A stretch of 64,000 bases of DNA. Source: an uncultured Acidobacteriaceae bacterium. GTDB taxonomy: Bacteria > Acidobacteriota > Terriglobia > Terriglobales > Acidobacteriaceae. Shown here piece after piece: positions 19,250-29,189 of this stretch (position 1 is the stretch's first letter; each line of letters begins with the position of its first letter). The position numbers and the translations under genes are program-made. The DNA lies in the NCBI GenBank assembly GCA_963823865.1, contig CAWGNC010000003.1:1603842-1667841 (forward strand). Reading direction: 5' to 3'. The notes beneath the pieces are model-generated. The model was not told the origin of the DNA, did not search any database, and was given only the letters and a program-made list of their open reading frames with translations.

Positions 19250-20155
19250 TCAGCGAATCTCCACGTCGCCCGAACTCGTCGAGACCTCAACTTCAGGGCC
19301 GCCGCCGTTGACCGTGCCTTTCAGTTGATTCTTGTTGAGCGAGCCCTGCACGGTGATCGGCATATTGGAGTGAATCGATCCCGAGCTAGTGTGCACGTTC
19401 AGGTTGAAGCCCTTTTCGGTTCCCACCGCCAGCGTGACATTCCCGGAGCCGCTATGAAGCTGCCACGGACCAGTCACGGTGCCGTCCGTTTCAATGTTGC
19501 CACTGCCCGTATGAGCCTGGACGCCGCCCTTGATGCCGCGCACACGAATCGTGCCGGAGCCGGTGCGTGCCTCGACGTCACCCGAGCCAGTCAGCTCGGC
19601 TTCAATATCGCCACTCCCAGTCTCGGCGAAGAATGGGGCAGCGACCGATTCCGCCTTAATGTTTCCGCTGCCGGTATGGGCGCGGAACTTGCTCCCAATA
19701 TCGCGAGCGCGAATGTCGCCTGAGCCGGTATGTGCTTCCACGGTAGAACGCACACCGTCGACGCCAATATTCCCGGAGCCGCTGTGCGCCAGTACGGAGG
19801 CGTCAGCGGGAAGCGTGATTTCGTAGTCGATGGAGACATGCCGCTTCACATCGTCGGGAAGATCGTAGCCAATGCGGATGCTGTTGCCGCTCTGCTGAAT
19901 GGGCGGATTGGATTGGACCTTCTGCACGGCGCTGCTGTCGCCAAAAACCCAGTTACTGCTGTGCACGGTGCCGTGCACCACCACTTGATTGCTGCTGCCC
20001 GTCTTTACCGTGATATCGCCGGATCCGGTGCTCACGTCGAGCGCGACTGAGCCGTTGACCTGTAGCGTCCGGTCAAAGCGGCCTTCGCTGCTGGCATACA
20101 CGAAAACTGGGAGGAACAGCAGCGCGATCAGGATGAGGGAACAACGTTTGTTCAT
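19250..20155 (-). CDS. DUF4097-like beta-helix repeat protein (putative adhesin), secreted
   Basis: Signal peptide MNKRCSLILIALLFLPVFVYA, followed by about 12 repeats of [ST]GSG[DN][IV]. Confidence 0.8.
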   Translation of the reverse strand: MNKRCSLILIALLFLPVFVYASSEGRFDRTLQVNGSVALDVSTGSGDITVKTGSSNQVVVHGTVHSSNWVFGDSSAVQKVQSNPPIQQSGNSIRIGYDLPDDVKRHVSIDYEITLPADASVLAHSGSGNIGVDGVRSTVEAHTGSGDIRARDIGSKFRAHTGSGNIKAESVAAPFFAETGSGDIEAELTGSGDVEARTGSGTIRVRGIKGGVQAHTGSGNIETDGTVTGPWQLHSGSGNVTLAVGTEKGFNLNVHTSSGSIHSNMPITVQGSLNKNQLKGTVNGGGPEVEVSTSSGDVEIR

Positions 20156-20233
20156 GATGCGGCTCCGCTGGAACTGAATTGGCTCGCGGAATACAGGGCT
20201 GCCCTTGCGAACAGCCCTGGGGGAAGGCTTCCG

Positions 20234-21445
20234 CTACTGCTGAAGGACGACCTGGTCGCCCTCTTTCAAGCCCGAATCGACTTCCGTCTTCACGCCGTTG
20301 GAGATACCGATGTTGACTGCGACTTTGCGCATGCCATCTTTCCCTTTGGGATCCGGTATGTCGACCGACGCCTTCTTATCTTTGTCGTACATGATGGCCG
20401 ATTCCGGAATCATCAGGACGTTGTGATGCTCGTCGAGGATGATCTCGGCGTTGGCGGTCATCTCGGCCTTGAGCTCGCCGCCGGGATTATTGATGGACAC
20501 ACGCACTTCGAAGGTGGTCACGTTGTCCTTCTCGACGCCCATAGGCGCGATCTTGGTGACGTGCCCGGTGAAGGTTTTGTCCTTAAACGTCTCAACCCGG
20601 ATCCGGGCCGGCTGACCCAGATAAACTTTTCCTATATCGCTCTCGTCCACCTTGCCTTTGACGTAAACCTCGCTGGTATCGCCGAGCGTCATGACCAGGG
20701 TCGCACCCGAACCCAGTACCAGGATGGAGCTGACCGCATCGCCAACTTCTACGTCACGCGACAGCACCACGCCGTCGATGGGCGCAGTGATGGTGGTATA
20801 GCTGAGCTGCTCTTCGAACTGCTTCAGGCTGGCTTCGTCTTTTTCCACTTCGGCCTGTGCCTGCGAGACTTTTGCCTTATTCACAATCAGCTGAGCTCGG
20901 GCAACATCTCGCTTGTTGACGGCGAGAATGTAACTGCGCTGCGCATCGTCCAGAGTCGACTGCGAGACCACGCCGTCCTTGGACATTTCCTGAGCACGCT
21001 GATAGGCGCGCTGAAGCGTGGGGATGTCGACGCCCTGAGCATCGACTTCGGCACGCTTTTCATCGGCCTCGGCACTCTTCAGGTTGGCCTGCGACGACAG
21101 CAACTGCGCCTTGGCGGAATTCACCTGCGCTTCAATCTCGATTTTGTCGAGTTCGGCCAGCACCTGACCCTGCTTAACGTGGTCGTTGGTATCGACGTAA
21201 AGCTTCTTCACGATGCCGCTGGCTTTGGACTTGATCTCGACCTTGGTGATGGGAGTTACCTTCCCGGTTGCCACAACACTCCGAGCCAGGTCGCCCTTTT
21301 CCGCCTTCGCCAGCTTGGTGGGATCGATCTTGGTGCCGCCACGAGTTGCCGCCACAGCCACAACAATCAGCAACAACACCGCGGCCACCACTACGGTAGT
21401 AATAATCCAGCGCTTCTTCTTATTATGATTCTTTCCGTTTGCCAC
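20234..21445 (-). CDS. HlyD/MacA-family periplasmic adaptor (membrane fusion protein)
   Basis: A GTG at 21445 is preceded by GGAGGG. The protein has an N-terminal TM segment, a long coiled-coil (AQVNSAKAQLLSSQANLKSAEADEKRAEVD...) and beta-barrel/lipoyl-like flanks. The ORF track start at 21577 is unlikely. Confidence 0.8.
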   Translation of the reverse strand: MANGKNHNKKKRWIITTVVVAAVLLLIVVAVAATRGGTKIDPTKLAKAEKGDLARSVVATGKVTPITKVEIKSKASGIVKKLYVDTNDHVKQGQVLAELDKIEIEAQVNSAKAQLLSSQANLKSAEADEKRAEVDAQGVDIPTLQRAYQRAQEMSKDGVVSQSTLDDAQRSYILAVNKRDVARAQLIVNKAKVSQAQAEVEKDEASLKQFEEQLSYTTITAPIDGVVLSRDVEVGDAVSSILVLGSGATLVMTLGDTSEVYVKGKVDESDIGKVYLGQPARIRVETFKDKTFTGHVTKIAPMGVEKDNVTTFEVRVSINNPGGELKAEMTANAEIILDEHHNVLMIPESAIMYDKDKKASVDIPDPKGKDGMRKVAVNIGISNGVKTEVDSGLKEGDQVVLQQ

Positions 21446-21960
21446 TGCACCCTCCGCCAACGGGCAGCCACTTCTGTTTCTGTTAGTTAGTACGTCGCCG
21501 AATAAACAATTGTTCCGTTGAACGACAAGGAAATAGACAGGAAGAGGCGCACTGCGCCCCCCTCTTCTATTAGACAATCAGACTGGGGAATTCGATAGCA
21601 AAACGGCCGGAAGATCATGTTGCGGCGGGATTTACTTCCCGATTCGGACGGTTGCGCCAGGTCGCCGTAATGCGAATTGGCTCCTGATTCGATGTCCCTT
21701 CTCAAATCCAACAAAGCTCAGCGGTTCTGCGGAGGAACGCTTCGCGAGGCGGTGAGACGCGGCAACGCCTTGGAAATCCGGAGTCGGCGCCATCGGCAAT
21801 TTTGTAAATTCTTGCTCATAATCACCGCGGACGAAGCACAAGGTGCTCCTGCGCAGAAAGCCGGCGTGAGCAACACTGAGCTGAAATCACATTAACCCTC
21901 TGGTGTCGCGACACCGCGCCCAGCCTTGGCTGCGGGCGTTGCGGCCTCGATTCATCTTGA

Positions 21961-24531
21961 TTACACGCGGCGGGCCACGATCAGCGTCATGTCGTCGGCT
22001 TGCCAGCCTTTGCTGAAGCCTTGCACCTCGGCGACGATTGCGTCCAGCATCTCGGCGGAAGCCTGAGGCTGGTGAACGCGCACGCTGGCGATCAGGCGGT
22101 CCTCGCCAAACTCTTCGGCATCGTCGCCTTCAGCGGCTTCGGAAATCCCATCCGTATAAATCACCAGCACGTCGCCGGCCTCCAGCTTCCGCTCGGCTAC
22201 GGTGCAATCCCATTCCTCGAACAGCCCCAGGACCGTCGCAGTCGCCTCCAGCCGCTCTACCTCGCCACTGCTCCGCAACAGAATGGGAGGATTGTGTCCG
22301 CAGTTCACGTATTGAAGCGTGCGCTGCTTATCGTCATAGATGGCGAAAAACATGGTGGCGTAGTTGCTGGTTTCGGTGTTCTTGTAGAACAGAGAATTCA
22401 CCGAACGAAGCAGGCGCGGAAAATCTTCCATCGCCAGGGCATATTGGCCTCGAAGGTTGGCCTGAAGATTCGCCATCAGCAGCGCGGCTGACATTCCCTT
22501 CCCTGAAATATCAGCCAGGATAAGTCCCAGCTTGCCCGCTCCAAATTCGAGAAAGTCGTAGTAGTCGCCGCCAACGGCTCGTGTCTGGATGCATTTGCCG
22601 GCAGTGTCGAGGGACTTCAGCACCGGAGCCTGTTGTGGCAGCAAGCGGGTCTGCACTTGACGCGCGAATTGCATTTCCTGCTCGGCGCGACGCTCTGCCT
22701 CCATGCGCGCGGCCATTTCTTCCGCCAGCGAGATGCTGCGCATCGCAATCCCAGCCTGGCTGGCAACCGACGCCAGCAGTCGCTTGTCCCGCGTGGAATA
22801 AGGCTCTTCGGAAAGACGTGGCCCCAACGCCATCAGCCCTTGAAGCTCGCCGTCGGCAGCGCCGCGAATGGGTACCAGGCACTCGACCCCTAGACCTTCC
22901 ATGGGAGTGCCGCGCAACGTTGCCGGATCCAATTCCACCGGCTCTCCACGACCGGCAAGTTGTTCCAGAACCTTTGCGCCACTCGACAAATCTTCGGCCT
23001 CGTCGGGCGGATGGCCGGCGTAGGCATGCAGTTTCCCTTCCCGCGACCGCAGATACATCAACAGAGGCATGGGATGCAGCGCGTCGTGAATCTGGAGATG
23101 CAGCAAAGCGGCCAGATGCTCGCGATCGGTGATGGTCAATGCCGTGGCGGCCAGGTTTTCCAGGATCTGCTGCGCGTCATAAGCGCTGCGGAAGAAGGCA
23201 CGGTCCAGCCGCGTCCGTACCCGGCGGTGCACCTGTGTTGCCCCGGCGAAGAGCAGCATGCCGAAGGTCGCACCGATAGGAATCGCCGCTCCGGATCCCG
23301 CTGAGAAGCGCCGCGAGAACGCCTGCCCAAACCACAGCGTGATACCGACGGAAAAAATCAAGATCAGGATGGCAAAGCCGCGCTCCACCAGAAAATAGCG
23401 GGCGCTGCGCCGCAGCAGCACGGGAATGTCCATCACGCGATGCTTAACGACCGCGTAAGCGAACGACAGTGGCAGCAGGAAGAGGAACACTCCCTTGGCG
23501 AAACCAAGCCAGAAAGGAGTTTCGGCGTGAGACAGGTCGTACGGGATCCCGATCAGGACGGCTGGTGCGATCCCAATCAGAGTGCCCCAGACGATCACCT
23601 TCAACTTGCGGCGATCGTCTACGCTGGTCGCGGCGATCATGTTCCATAACAGCGAGACCATTCCCAGCAGGACAGAGCCATAGCCGAAGACCAGGCTCAC
23701 CAGGCCGACCGTGTGTCTGCCCAGAGCAGCATTCAGGAAGGGCAGAGCCTCGCGCTCTCCATTACTGATTCGTCCCCCGTCGAGGCAAACGCCAATTAAC
23801 AGCAGCAGCCACTTCAGGCGCGGAAACTTGCGATCGATGGGGGAGCGCACCGGAAATATCGCGAAAAAGAAATAGAACAGCCCGGGCAGGACGCTCCTGG
23901 CGATGGTGATGTACGTATAGAGAAATTGCCGCAGCGCGTCGGGGGCGCGCAAGAAAGCCAACGGCATATCCGCTTCGGCGATGAGGCCGGCGAATACCAG
24001 CGCCAGGAGCCAGGCATTGCGGTCTTCGATCCGCAGAAATAAGACGGAAAGCCCGACCACCAGAAATAGCAGCGGATAAATGCCGATGACCTGAACCGCT
24101 CCCCGGCGGGCCAGCGAGGCGCTGTCGCCACTGCCTTTCATTGAGCGGAATACGGGTCTGATGGTCAGCGGTCCGAGCTCGCCGGGACGGCTGAGCGTCA
24201 GTTGGACCACATCGCCCGGCCGCGAGTCCAACCAGATCTGGTTGAGGATGTCGGGCCCGTCGTGTATGGCGACATTTCGGCCATCGATGGCAGTGATGAC
24301 ATCCTTGGGCCGCAGGCCAGCTGTTTCGGCAGGGCCGCCGGGCCAGACATCTTTCACCTGGATGCCCGCCGGAACCGGCGTCGTGTCCATGCCAATCTCA
24401 ACTTGAATGGTGGTGCGGACGTAATACATCCAGGCGACGCTATAGACAACGGTCGCCGCGGCAAACACAACCGCCAACGCCAATAGAAGTGGCCGGTACT
24501 TTCCTGCGCGAGTTTGATCAGCCGGCATCAT
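21961..24531 (-). CDS. membrane-bound PDZ-domain / PP2C (SpoIIE/RsbU-type) serine phosphatase
   Basis: 856 aa. It has a TM segment plus PDZ domain (VWPGGPAETAGLRPKDVITAIDG), about 9 TM segments, and a C-terminal PP2C domain (AVGGDYYDF...LADISGKGMSAALLMA...DDMTLIV). Confidence 0.85.
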   Translation of the reverse strand: MMPADQTRAGKYRPLLLALAVVFAAATVVYSVAWMYYVRTTIQVEIGMDTTPVPAGIQVKDVWPGGPAETAGLRPKDVITAIDGRNVAIHDGPDILNQIWLDSRPGDVVQLTLSRPGELGPLTIRPVFRSMKGSGDSASLARRGAVQVIGIYPLLFLVVGLSVLFLRIEDRNAWLLALVFAGLIAEADMPLAFLRAPDALRQFLYTYITIARSVLPGLFYFFFAIFPVRSPIDRKFPRLKWLLLLIGVCLDGGRISNGEREALPFLNAALGRHTVGLVSLVFGYGSVLLGMVSLLWNMIAATSVDDRRKLKVIVWGTLIGIAPAVLIGIPYDLSHAETPFWLGFAKGVFLFLLPLSFAYAVVKHRVMDIPVLLRRSARYFLVERGFAILILIFSVGITLWFGQAFSRRFSAGSGAAIPIGATFGMLLFAGATQVHRRVRTRLDRAFFRSAYDAQQILENLAATALTITDREHLAALLHLQIHDALHPMPLLMYLRSREGKLHAYAGHPPDEAEDLSSGAKVLEQLAGRGEPVELDPATLRGTPMEGLGVECLVPIRGAADGELQGLMALGPRLSEEPYSTRDKRLLASVASQAGIAMRSISLAEEMAARMEAERRAEQEMQFARQVQTRLLPQQAPVLKSLDTAGKCIQTRAVGGDYYDFLEFGAGKLGLILADISGKGMSAALLMANLQANLRGQYALAMEDFPRLLRSVNSLFYKNTETSNYATMFFAIYDDKQRTLQYVNCGHNPPILLRSSGEVERLEATATVLGLFEEWDCTVAERKLEAGDVLVIYTDGISEAAEGDDAEEFGEDRLIASVRVHQPQASAEMLDAIVAEVQGFSKGWQADDMTLIVARRV

Positions 24532-24664
24532 CCCTGAGAGCGCAATAGCTCACCCCGCAGTAGTGTAGACCATCTCGCCGCCCACTTACCGCATCCTCAA
24601 GTAGTAACAGCGCGGCGAACCGTCACTCATCGCCGGCGCAACCCTAAGCGCAGGAGAACGAATC

Positions 24665-25165
24665 ATGCCGGACAAGGAAACACTGGAACGCGCAAAAGAA
24701 GATGCCCGCGAAGGAAAAGCGCCAAGCACGCAAGCGGGAGAGTTCGTGAAAGAAGAGATGGACCACATTCGGGAAGGTAAGCACGGAGCTGCCTCCACCA
24801 AACAAGCTATTGCCATTGGCCTGTCGAAGGCGCGGCGCGCTGGAGTGAAACTGCCTCCGCCCAAGAAAGGTACGAGCTCAGCCGCCACACGCAAGAAAGC
24901 TGCCAGCGATACTCGCAAGGCAAAGTCGCCGGCGAAGAAAGCCTCGGCCAAACGGTCGCGCGCGACGACAAATGCCCTGAAGCGCGAAGGCCGTTCCGCG
25001 GCGTCGCACCGTTCGTTATCGAAGCAGGCCCGCGATTCGGCACGCCAACGCGGGAGCACCGCCCGGAAGCAGGCGGCACAAAAAGCAGTTCGCACCAAGG
25101 GCGCCGCGGGACGTCGCCGTGCGGCCAAGAAAGCAGCCAGGACGCGGCAAGGGAGTTCGCGGTGA
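24665..25165 (+). CDS. DUF6496-like small protein with Lys/Arg/Ala-rich histone-H1-like tail
   Basis: The N-terminus is MPDKETLERAKEDAREGKAPSTQAGEFVKEEMDHIREGKHGA.S.KQAIAIGLSKARRAGVKL. About 100 aa of KKA/RKA low-complexity basic tail follow. Confidence 0.7.
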   Translation: MPDKETLERAKEDAREGKAPSTQAGEFVKEEMDHIREGKHGAASTKQAIAIGLSKARRAGVKLPPPKKGTSSAATRKKAASDTRKAKSPAKKASAKRSRATTNALKREGRSAASHRSLSKQARDSARQRGSTARKQAAQKAVRTKGAAGRRRAAKKAARTRQGSSR

Positions 25166-25206
25166 TTCTTCGTGTGATGAGAACCCACTCCCGGGTGAGC
25201 GCCTTT

Positions 25207-25237
25207 CCCACTCATTCGAAAACCGCGAATGAGTGGG
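25207..25237. terminator. 12-bp hairpin between convergent genes
   Basis: CCCACTCATTCG / CGAATGAGTGGG with a 7-nt loop and only weak T-tracts. Confidence 0.4.
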
Positions 25238-25340
25238 TTACCCGACAGAGTTCGTCCGCTTGGCAAACCTGACATCTTCCTTTTGCTGAATGGGCGAATT
25301 CGTCAGAACATCCCGTTTTCTGCATTTTCGGATTGCAGCC

Positions 25341-27056
25341 TTAGCTGTCGTCGTAATCTTCCGTCAGCGAATTCAGAAAAGCGACAAGCGAATCGATGTC
25401 GCTCTGACTGAGCGACATGTTCTGAAACTCAGGAGGCGCATTTCTGAGCAATCCCTGCCGTGCCAGTTGCGACATGTTGACGTAGAAGTTGATGACGTCA
25501 CTGAAGGCCAGCTTGCTGCCGTTGTGGAGGTAGGGCTGGGAGTCGGCAAGATCACGAAGAGTCGGCGTCTTGAATTGAGCGATCGTATTCGCCAACCCCT
25601 GATCGACAGTGCAATCGTTGCCCAGCGCACAAACCACTTTCTGCAAATCCGACTGCGGGTTCGGCATGTCGGGATTCAGATAGACATTCCACAAACCCAG
25701 GTCGGCGTACTCGGGATGACCGGCAACCGCTTCGCGACGAAAGCGTTCGCTGGCATTCGGGTGAGCAGCGGAGGCGGGCAGATACTGGTTGAAGTTCTGA
25801 TTCCGGGTGGTGAGATTGGGAATCTGGATCTGCGCAAAGGCACCAGCACCGTTTACCGCATCGTATTCTTCCTGCGAGGCTCCGGTGTTGTGGAACTTGA
25901 AGTCGGTAAAATTCGGCGCCTGATGACAAGCCGAGCAGTTGCCCGCGTGCTGCGAGCCGTCGGTAGCGCCTACTGCTGCTTTGAGGAAGACCTTCAGACC
26001 GGCCAACTCCGCCGCTCCAAAGGCGAACGGCTGCGCGTGATACTGGAACGAGCCGTAGGAACCGTTAACGTAGATCGGATTATTCAGCGACAACACGATT
26101 TGATAGAGCCGCTGGTTGTATTGCGCAATGGTCTCGCCTGCTATGGGCTGCGTTGGCAGATGATTGATGCGCAGGAAGACGTCGTAGGGCGAAGAGGTGT
26201 AACGGCCAAAACTGTCCTGCTTGAATAGCAGGCCCTGCATGTAGGCCGAGATTAGATTGGCGACGGCGGACAGGACTTGTTCGTCGGTCGCGCTCTGCAC
26301 GTCTAGGCGATAAGACGCCGGAATCAGAAGAGTAGCGGGAATCGAAGGATCGGTCCCCAGAAGCAGCGTCGAGTAGGACAATCCATTGGAGCGATCGGCC
26401 GCGAGCTGGCTGGAGCCATCGTCCTGACGAATGACCAGCGCCACCTGAGCGACAGCCTGACTGTACTGGTCGGGCGTCCACCCGAAGTTGCGGCCGGTCA
26501 GCGTTGCTTTCACCAGGTCAACCGGACTGTTGAATTCCCCATCGGAGTGCAGGAAGGTTGGTCCGTTGCGGGCTTGCAGCGATCCCACCATTTCAATGGC
26601 GTTGCGCGGCGTGTGATCGAATCCGTTGATCACGCGCGGGATCGGACTTCGCGTGGTGAAATCGGCGTAGGTGCGATTGCCCGCTCCCGGCACACCTTCG
26701 AACTCGGTAACGAAATGGCACGAGCGGCAGTTGATGGACTGCCCCGCGAATGGGCCCGGTAGCGTTCCGGAGGTGGTTTGGACCTGCTGCACAACCGGAT
26801 CGCCCACGGCCAGCGGTTGATTGACGCCCGTCATGTTTGCCGCGAAGTATTGCGCGAAACGGGTATCCAGGAACAGCCGTTCGCCAAGAGCTTGCGCCGC
26901 CGCCGGGATGCCGGCCGCTGCGCCGGTCTGATCCGGATCGGCGGCTTGAAACGTGGGAGCCTTTCCCGAGCCACAACCATTGAGAAGAAATGCGACGGCC
27001 AAAGCTATCGCAACATACCGTAAAACATGTCGAGCATCAGAGCGCAGGATTTTCAT
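25341..27056 (-). CDS. di-heme cytochrome c peroxidase (CCP/MauG family) lipoprotein
   Basis: Lipobox LLNGC and two CxxCH motifs (CRSCH, CSACH); 571 aa. Confidence 0.85.
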   Translation of the reverse strand: MKILRSDARHVLRYVAIALAVAFLLNGCGSGKAPTFQAADPDQTGAAAGIPAAAQALGERLFLDTRFAQYFAANMTGVNQPLAVGDPVVQQVQTTSGTLPGPFAGQSINCRSCHFVTEFEGVPGAGNRTYADFTTRSPIPRVINGFDHTPRNAIEMVGSLQARNGPTFLHSDGEFNSPVDLVKATLTGRNFGWTPDQYSQAVAQVALVIRQDDGSSQLAADRSNGLSYSTLLLGTDPSIPATLLIPASYRLDVQSATDEQVLSAVANLISAYMQGLLFKQDSFGRYTSSPYDVFLRINHLPTQPIAGETIAQYNQRLYQIVLSLNNPIYVNGSYGSFQYHAQPFAFGAAELAGLKVFLKAAVGATDGSQHAGNCSACHQAPNFTDFKFHNTGASQEEYDAVNGAGAFAQIQIPNLTTRNQNFNQYLPASAAHPNASERFRREAVAGHPEYADLGLWNVYLNPDMPNPQSDLQKVVCALGNDCTVDQGLANTIAQFKTPTLRDLADSQPYLHNGSKLAFSDVINFYVNMSQLARQGLLRNAPPEFQNMSLSQSDIDSLVAFLNSLTEDYDDS

Positions 27057-27129
27057 TACGTTTCCGAGTGCGTCCGTTTGTCACATGGATCGTCGACGGA
27101 CATTTGCAGGCTGTGGCATCCAAAGACCA

Positions 27130-28047
27130 TCACGGCGTTCCACTCTTGTCGTGATGCAGATGACGGAAAGCCTGCTGAAATTCATACGAGACATTAAAAC
27201 GGTAGATAACGCCGAGACTGTTGGCATTCAGACCAAAATCGGTGCCGAACGAGATGCTCGGGCCGTTTGGAATGTTAAAAGCGACCGCAGGACCGGCATA
27301 CTGGGAGGTTGCTTCCAGCCCGAAGCTGGTGGTGGTACCCAGTCCGCCATACAACTCGGCGCCGGCGGCGAAGTTTTCGCGGCACCAGACGCAAGGTTTG
27401 GGGCTGGCCGCCAATCCCAGCGGACGGGTCGCGCCCAGGGCATAGCCAAATTCCCAAGGCTCGCCGGAAAAGCTCTTTTCCCCGATAAAATTCTCCGAGA
27501 CATTCCAGCCCTTGAAGTTGCTCGACAGGATCAGTTTCAACTCCAGCGAACGCTCCACATCCTGGCGAGCCTGGGCGTTGGTCAGCAGGAAGTCCGCAAT
27601 ACTGGCATGGCCGGTAACTTCCAATATGCTTTTCTCCGCCAGATTCACGTCTTCGTACTCGACGTACAGGATCGGATTGACGATGTGCTGCGTCGGAAGC
27701 GGCCGAAAGCGATTTTCGAAACGCCAGCCTCCGAAGATAGTGCTGTCGTTGTAGGTATGCTGGCCGCTCAAGTAGACTTCGCTCGTCCACCACGCCGTGA
27801 CCCCGTATTCGAATTCCAACGTCTCGCTCAGGAAGGGATTTCCGTACTTCGGCGCCGCCTGAACCGTCTTTGACGACACTTCGAGGTTCCCCGGCTCTTC
27901 CAGGTCATCCGAATAGGTCACGAAATATGGCTTCTCCTGCGCACGAGCGACAGGCGCGGATAGGAACAGCAGCAGTCCCATCAGGAATATCAACCCCAGC
28001 GAAGCGGTGAAGCGGGCCTGCGGGAATCGCTGACGAATCACGGCCAT
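27130..28047 (-). CDS. putative outer-membrane beta-barrel protein
   Basis: Reading from the ATG at 28047 gives the signal peptide ...LFLSAPVARAQE. The protein has an alternating aromatic/Gly-rich strand pattern. It is adjacent to and co-oriented with the peroxidase. Confidence 0.55.
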   Translation of the reverse strand: MAVIRQRFPQARFTASLGLIFLMGLLLFLSAPVARAQEKPYFVTYSDDLEEPGNLEVSSKTVQAAPKYGNPFLSETLEFEYGVTAWWTSEVYLSGQHTYNDSTIFGGWRFENRFRPLPTQHIVNPILYVEYEDVNLAEKSILEVTGHASIADFLLTNAQARQDVERSLELKLILSSNFKGWNVSENFIGEKSFSGEPWEFGYALGATRPLGLAASPKPCVWCRENFAAGAELYGGLGTTTSFGLEATSQYAGPAVAFNIPNGPSISFGTDFGLNANSLGVIYRFNVSYEFQQAFRHLHHDKSGTP

Positions 28048-28389
28048 ACTCCCAACGCCCCACAACCGGACACGTGTTCCGGCGAGGGCGATCCTCGGTT
28101 GCCGGTCCTGAGGTCGCACCTGAGTAATTTGCAACAGCGGTTGCATATAAAGCCACGTTACTAAAGGTGCGGTTTCTTGCCCGTCCATGTCAAGGAAACG
28201 GCGAAGATTGTGTCTCAGCATCGTTGCACTGGACTGCAACTCAGCCTCACTTTCTCCTTAATTGCCGCTAATCATGCGGGTTTGTGGTGGTTCCCGAGTT
28301 GTCGAACCGGCAGACGCGGTCAAGTTCAGCTCAATTGACGAAGGGCAAGGTCACGGCTATATTTACAGCAGGATTACAGATGCAACGGT

Positions 28390-28405
28390 ATTGCATCATT
28401 ATCGA
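28390..28405 (+). promoter_or_regulatory. candidate Fur-box half-site upstream of the fur-family gene
   Basis: ATTGCATCATTATCGA contains ATCATTATC, which matches the 3' half of the GATAATGATAATCATTATC consensus. It lies about 80 nt upstream of the ATG at 28483. Confidence 0.25.
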
Positions 28406-28482
28406 ACACGGCAATTCGCGAAGCCAATTCCCGGCAGGAAGGCCTCTGCGGATTGCTTTGTTTTGGGGGCGAGAAGATATCC

Positions 28483-28935
28483 ATGCCATACACAGAGACC
28501 GGGGTTCCGGGTGCTTTGCAAGCAGTACTGGTGAGTCGGGGGATCCGGCTGACCCGCCAGCGCCGGATCATTCTCGAAATCATTGAGACTGCGAAGCAGC
28601 ATCTCGATGCGGCCCAAATTCTGCGCAAGGCCGTCAAGATCGATCCGCGCATCAACCGGGTCACGGTCTATCGGACGTTAGCCTTGCTGAAGCGACAGGG
28701 GTTGGTCGACGAACTGGACCTGCTGCACATCAACGGCGAAGGTCATTTCTACGAACGCCATCCGCAACGCGACCACATGCATATGACGTGTCTGCGCTGC
28801 GGCAAAGTCCAGGAGTTCGAAAGCGAACTGCTGGATCGGGTGAAAGGGCAGGTCGAGCGAGACTGCAACTTTCATATTGCCATCGCGCGTTTCGAAATCG
28901 GCGGACACTGCGTAAACTGCCGGGAACGCTTTTAA
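28483..28935 (+). CDS. Fur-family metalloregulator (Fur/PerR/Zur not resolvable)
   Basis: RLTRQRRIILEIIE...VYRTLALLKRQGLV (winged helix), HxH and two CxxC pairs (CLRCG, CVNC). It is divergent from the peroxidase/OMP pair. Confidence 0.85.
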   Translation: MPYTETGVPGALQAVLVSRGIRLTRQRRIILEIIETAKQHLDAAQILRKAVKIDPRINRVTVYRTLALLKRQGLVDELDLLHINGEGHFYERHPQRDHMHMTCLRCGKVQEFESELLDRVKGQVERDCNFHIAIARFEIGGHCVNCRERF

Positions 28936-29189
28936 GCGCAGGCCGGCGTTTTGCGTTTTAGACGAAGAACGACGACGCAGCGAAGAGCTGCGACGCGCCA
29001 AAGCATAGTTTTGCCCACACCACGCCGATCGCGGGGGCCAAGCCGACCTCCCCGGAAGTCCCAGTTGAACTCGAAGAGTTGAGCACGCGGCCGTCGCTTC
29101 GCTGCGCTTTTCGAATATCTCCGTGCCCTTCGCTCCAATGATCCGCTTACTTCAGATACCATAGCCGCACCCCCTTTGAGGGGCGCCCG

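Noticed and set aside
21446-21960. 515-nt gap between the adaptor gene and the PP2C gene, with small ORFs at 21487-21714, 21632-21841 and 21677-21895.
   Set aside because: None has an SD, a signal peptide or recognisable motifs. The only feature noted is a GC hairpin near 21540-21570. It is treated as non-coding.
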